64,000 nt of DNA from the IMG/VR virus record IMGVR_UViG_3300025073_000989; one strand, 5' to 3'. A program made the position numbers and the translations under genes. Of this stretch, positions 46,301-52,300 are shown in pieces; the first letter of the stretch is position 1, and every line of letters starts with the position of its first letter. The stretch is from a virus. Taxonomy: Duplodnaviria; Caudoviricetes. Below the pieces are notes generated by a model. That model was not told the origin of the DNA, ran no database searches, and saw nothing but the letters and a program-made list of their open reading frames with translations.

Positions 46301-49300
46301 AAAAATGTTTCTGGATTACCGGCACTCCTAACCAACCTTATAATCTCATCCTGCTCTTTAACTAGTCGCCTAGACGAACTGTTTACCATATCAGCATAGG
46401 CGCCACCAGCTGTACTAGCACTCTGTATATCACCAAGCGCCGATTCTATTTCCGCAACTGTAGCTTGAAGTCCTTTTTTAGAAGAATCACTACCAGAACT
46501 AGCTCTAGTAAACCCATGCAAAGGCATATATGCATCAGAAAAATATTTCTTTATAGGATCTGCATTTCCAGACTTTAGCTTTTCCCAAGCATTGCTTTTA
46601 TAGGTATCAAAATCTACTGGTTTTCCTTTTATAGTAGGATTAATATCATACTCCTTCTTTATACCCTTATTTATAGCGTTTGCAATATCCTTACTAAGGT
46701 CACTTATAAAGCCACTAAACCCCTCTTTAGAGATTAAATCTTCTAGTAATGCCTTTCTACCAGTAGGTATTTTACCACTATACCCTTTAATACTATATAG
46801 ATTTTCAGCCTCAGTTTTTAATTCACCAGTAGACATAGCACCGAAACGCATCTTTAAAGAGGCTTCGTTTTGTTCCATAAACTCTTTCAAGCCCTTTAAA
46901 TCATCTTCTGTATTTACTCTACTTATAAAAGCACTAGAATCCCCTTTTGCAAAGGTTAATGCTCTTATAATATCCCTAGAAACTGTACCTTCACCTGCGT
47001 GCTTAACGTCCATTCCTTTTTGAATGCTAAAACGTAGTAATTCATTCATTTGGGTATTTCTTTCTCTAGATAGTTTACCCTCCAAAGTAGTATCATCAGC
47101 CCCCAATTGTCCTTTACCTAAGGCATTCTGAGATTCAAACAATCTAGTAACACGATAAAGTGCTTCTGTTTCTGGACCTGTATGTACTTTAAATAGATTT
47201 GCATCAATAGCAGATTTAAATTTTGAACCATAATCAGGATCTGTTCTTTCTAGGAATGGCTTTTCTAAAAATCCGGCTTCTGGGAACTTCTTAGACATAG
47301 CCTTATACATAAAAGCTAGTGGATATTCCCCTTGTGATGGCTGCATAGCTTCGTTTGTAAAATAATCCCTAAAAACTCCGGCAGTAGTATCAACATCTTT
47401 AGACAATAAGTCAAAGTGCTTCTTGATATCTTTTCTGGCATCAGAAGTTTTAGCTGTATGTACCTCTATTTCATCGCCGTCAAAATCTAACTTTTGTTGA
47501 TGCGCAATATATTTAGGAAGTATTTCGGATATGGCTCCATTTAGTTTATTGATAAGTTCAGTCAGTCGTTGTATCTCTACCTGATTACCTTCTTCATCAT
47601 TGGACCTAAGCGTCTCTCTTTTTTCCACAGCAGAAGATCTGATTGCCTTAACTTCCCCTAGAGCCTGATCAAATTTAGCGAAATCCATTTCAGGCATACC
47701 AGGAACAGTTAAAGCATGGGCGCCCATCTCACCGCTTAATAGTTTGGCTTTATATGGCTGAATAGATGAAGTTCCAGTAAAAGGAAAACGAACGCTTTCC
47801 ACATAAGGAACCAATTCATCGTTGATATATTTATTTATCTTATCGTCACCTGGTTTAGCTTTAGCTAAGGTCTCAGAGTATTTTAATAAACTATGCAGAG
47901 TTTCTTTTTTTTCTCTTTGATTACCTACATAAATATCCTCACCTTCGTTTGTATATCTTCTGGTAAACCTTACAGATAGCTTTTTAGCCATATCTTCAGG
48001 GATACCCAACTCGTCTTGTTTTAGTACAGGCACCCCGGCCTTTTTATAAGATTCTACTTTTAAAGCATGCTCACTCCCTATGGCAGCAAAACTCTTTGAT
48101 AATGATGGTAATTTCTCAATTCCTGATATAGAAAGATCACCGTAAGTCGATGATATATCTTGTAAATTGTTACTAAAGGAACTAAACTCATCGGTTTTAT
48201 CTACAACAGCATTTATGGCTTTTGCCATTATAGATGGAATTCTTCTAGTAAACAAAGAACCAGCAACTCCACCAGATTTTCCTAAAACTGCTTTAGCTAA
48301 ATCACTATAATAATCCTCTTTTGCTTGATTAAGAAGTTTCATAGCCCTTTCTAATTTAGTATCATTAGATACATCTATATTAAACGTTTTTACAATATCT
48401 TGTAAAGAGTCATCAGTACTATCCCCGGCTTTGAGAGTAGCCGATATAGCTGTAGCATAGGCCCTAGTACCTTGAGATTCATAGTTCTTTTTAGCACTAT
48501 TTCTAGCTCTATCTTCATTCTTGCTAGACTTGGCAATAGCATCGTACAACTTAAACAACTCGTCATCAGCTGTTACTGGTATTTTGCTATCTTTTGCTAA
48601 AGTGTAAGCTTTATTTGTTATTGCTTTTTTAATATCATCGGTAGAAATATCAGTATCTGATCCTGCAAGAAGATTTTCAACATCTTTAGAGTAGTCTATT
48701 ATTTGTTGTAATCTTCTTGTAATTTTGTCAGGAGCTTTAGCTCCAGCAATAAGAGGATCATCATAACTCTTTCTTATTAAAGGTCCTGGTACATAAAAAG
48801 GTTCTTTTCTACCAGACTTAACACTTTTTAAGTCATTATCTGGGCCACCTGATGGTATATTTACACTAAAAGCCGATGGAAATTTTTCAGTATCTAATAA
48901 AGTATTATGAAGGCTCTGCGTACCAGCAGAATCGATTAAAAAGCTACCCAAATGACCAGACCATTGCTTTATATCTTTAAGTTCAACAGTTTTCATGTCG
49001 TCCAAAGCTTGTTGGACATGTTGTTTGTTTTTACCCATTCCTATAAGTAAGGCCTTAACGTATTCAAACTGTTCCCTAGAAGAAAGATCAGCTTGGTTTT
49101 TAATCTCGTCCATCAATGCAGATTTTTCACCAAAAACAGAAGCGTACGAAGCGTATGCCGGTAAATTTAATTTAATACCTTTAAGGCCTTTTTCTATATC
49201 AGAAGCCTTCCACTCAGCGAAGGCGTGTGGCTCCTGAATAACTTGGAGAAATTTAGAACCTACTAGACTTTTTACCTTATTTCCTAATTCGTCCTCAACA

Positions 49301-52300
49301 TCTACATAAAAATTAGAAAGCCTTTCAATTTCAGCTGCTTTTTTGGCCATATCTTCACTATAACCAGATTTTTTTAGATCATCAGTTATAGCCTTTTTAC
49401 TTTTATCTATACCCTTAAAACCAAGAGTACTACTGGCCTTAGTAATATCACCGCCCGGTAATAGCCTTTTATAGGCTTCTGGACTAAATTCGGTAGGTAA
49501 TGTAGTCGTACCACCTTTACCAGTACCTGCTAAATTGTTTGTAATTAACTCCATTACTTCAGTCTGTAAGCCGCGCTTTCCTGCACCATACGAGCTTATA
49601 CGTACATCTATTGGGACTTTTTTAGTAGTACCACCTCCAGTAACATCTTTATATAACTTCTGTAAGTCTTCTATGTTTTCTACATTTACTCCATACAACT
49701 TATTTATCTGTTTAGAAAATTCCTCATACAAAGTGTTTTCAAACTTTATCTCTTTTTTGTCGCTAACTATTCCTTTACTAGGATCCTTAAAAATATCTAA
49801 CATGAATTTATTACCAGACTTTTTTAAATCCTCTGACAAAACTTTAAAAGTATTTAATAACTCAGGATCAGAAAAAGTAGAAACCTCTCTGTCAAGTAAT
49901 TCCGAGCCCATTTCTCCCATGGTTTTAGGTACATTTGCAAACCCCAAACCTGTTCCTGGGGTAATACTAACACCTTTAGAACCATACCTAGTAGTAAATT
50001 TTCTTCCAAAGTGATTTACAAATACCTCTGCTAATTCTGCAGCCTGTACTTCTACGTCCTTTGCTCTAACTACAGCTATTTTCTTTTTAACGTCCTCGAT
50101 AAGTGCCTGATCAGCTCTACCCTCATATTTACCTGTAGTTTTTCCAAATATCTTTTGGTACTCAGCACTAGCTGACTTTATTCCTCCGGTCAATGCTTTT
50201 AGTATTTTTGGTTCAATATCATCTATGGCATGAGCACTATCCCCTAAACCCTCTATCGACATTAATCCTTTTGCACTAGGTAATACTAGTGTTTTTACGA
50301 TAGAGGTTAGAGCGTCTGCCAGCTTTCCACCTATCATTATTTGATCTTCAAAAGTACCAGCAGTGTGCCTGAGCTCAGTAGTAACATTAAAACCATAACC
50401 TTGTTTACCAAAAGCACCTGACTGTATTAAATCGCGTTCTCTAGTAGTTCTCAGTTGAGGGTATTCAGTGGTTATTCCGCCAGCAAACCTGCTACTTCCA
50501 GGAAACTTATCCGCCCATTTTTCTATATCATCCATCGATGATGACATAGCATTAGTTACATTTGTTATATTTCTACCGGCCTGCTGAAACTGTCCGAACG
50601 GGGCTTGTTCTCTTAAACTATCGGAATATAGCCTAAGCGAATGTCCTTTAAGTCCTTTACTAAGGAACTTTGTACCCTCAGTTAAAGGCTCTTCATCCGT
50701 ACCTGTAACAGCACCGCCTCTATAGTATGTGTATCTACTAGCCTGAGATTCAGGTAAACCAAGACTAGACAGATATTTAGCATTTAGACCTTTTAGTTGT
50801 GACGGTTTGTCTACTATACCTGCCTTATTAAGCGCATTATTGACTGCAGTCATTTCATCAAGACGCACATTAGTTGAGCGATAAGCGTTTTTAACTTCAT
50901 CAGGACCTAATTGTTTTACATCTTTTAAAAAGTCAGAGGTCATTATATCGAAATCAACAACTTTTTGTTGGTGAAATCCCCTTCTTGGTCTTCCAGGCTC
51001 AATAACTGGAACCAGCTGCTCTACTTGTGCTATAGCCTGTTCGAACTCTCTAATGTTTTTATCGTGTTGAGGATTTTTAGCTAATCTAGAAACAAGACTT
51101 TCAAACTGTTTATTGTTTGTGCCAATGTTAGCATTTAATACCTTATCTATAGTATCATAGAAACTTTCAAAACGTACACTATCTAAAGTCTTTACTGCAT
51201 CAGTAGTACTAACACCAAACTTTTTTTGCATAGAGGAAAAAAACTTAGGCAAATCATCTAAACTACTATTATCTAAAAAAGCATAAACAGAGTCACTAAC
51301 TTTTTCTATTTCTTGTTTAAGTTCTGTTGGAGATAAATTTGATTTATCAATAGCTGTTTTTGAAATAACAGCCTCTTTATACAACTTTTTTATATCTACA
51401 GCACCGGTTGCCTTAGCTTTGGTTAATAATTCACTAGATAATTGTTTGGGAACATCTGATTCTGGGTGTAATAGAGCCGGAACTATCTTAGACGCCAAAC
51501 TATTTATATCATTATCATCTAAACTTCCACTTCTTTTACTTATCTCACCTAATAATTTTTCATAACCAGAATCATATACAGCCCTTCTTGATAAGGCCCT
51601 ATCACTGCCATGAACGGTTTTTACCGTAGCAACGCCGCGCTCAGTTAATCTAGCTGCGGGTAAAGATACTACACGCATCAAACCTTTGGCTTGTAATTCT
51701 CTTTCTACGGTCTCTTTTCCAACAGTGGCTGTAAATATATCATCCAATGCCCCTAGTATATCTTTATTCTCCCTAATAGTATCAGGTTGTTTTTGTGCTT
51801 TAATTAGTTTTTGAATTAACTCCTGACTTAAACCTAAATTTTTTATATCTGGCTTAGACGCATGCTTTAACCAATCTGATATTTTCTCTAAAGCAACATC
51901 GGAGCCACTAAGATGCATATAATCAGAAGAACGCTTTCTTATGTAATCTTTTATTAGACCCTCACCACTACCGATAGCTCCAGTACTTCTTATTGCATCC
52001 GTGTTGATCATCCTAACAGACCACTGCCTAGCAGTAGTTGGATCACCAACTTGTTTAAATTTGTCGTCCACCAAAGACCAGCCCTTAGCTAGCTGCTGAC
52101 TCAAAGTAGTAACTATGTTTTTTGACATATTACTAAATGTTTTATTTAAAAACTCTACGTTATCTCTAACATACTTAAAGTCATCACTATCGGAAGTTAC
52201 CGAGCTGGCTTTTCTAATTCTATCAGAATTAATATCAGTCTTGCCTGGACCTATTACGCCTGATGGGTAGTGCCCTATTTTATATGTACTTAATTTTCTT

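Noticed and set aside
47500-48210. Inteins in the RNAP region
   Set aside because: The insertions are only ~60 aa, with no Cys/Ser start, His-Asn end or endonuclease motifs.
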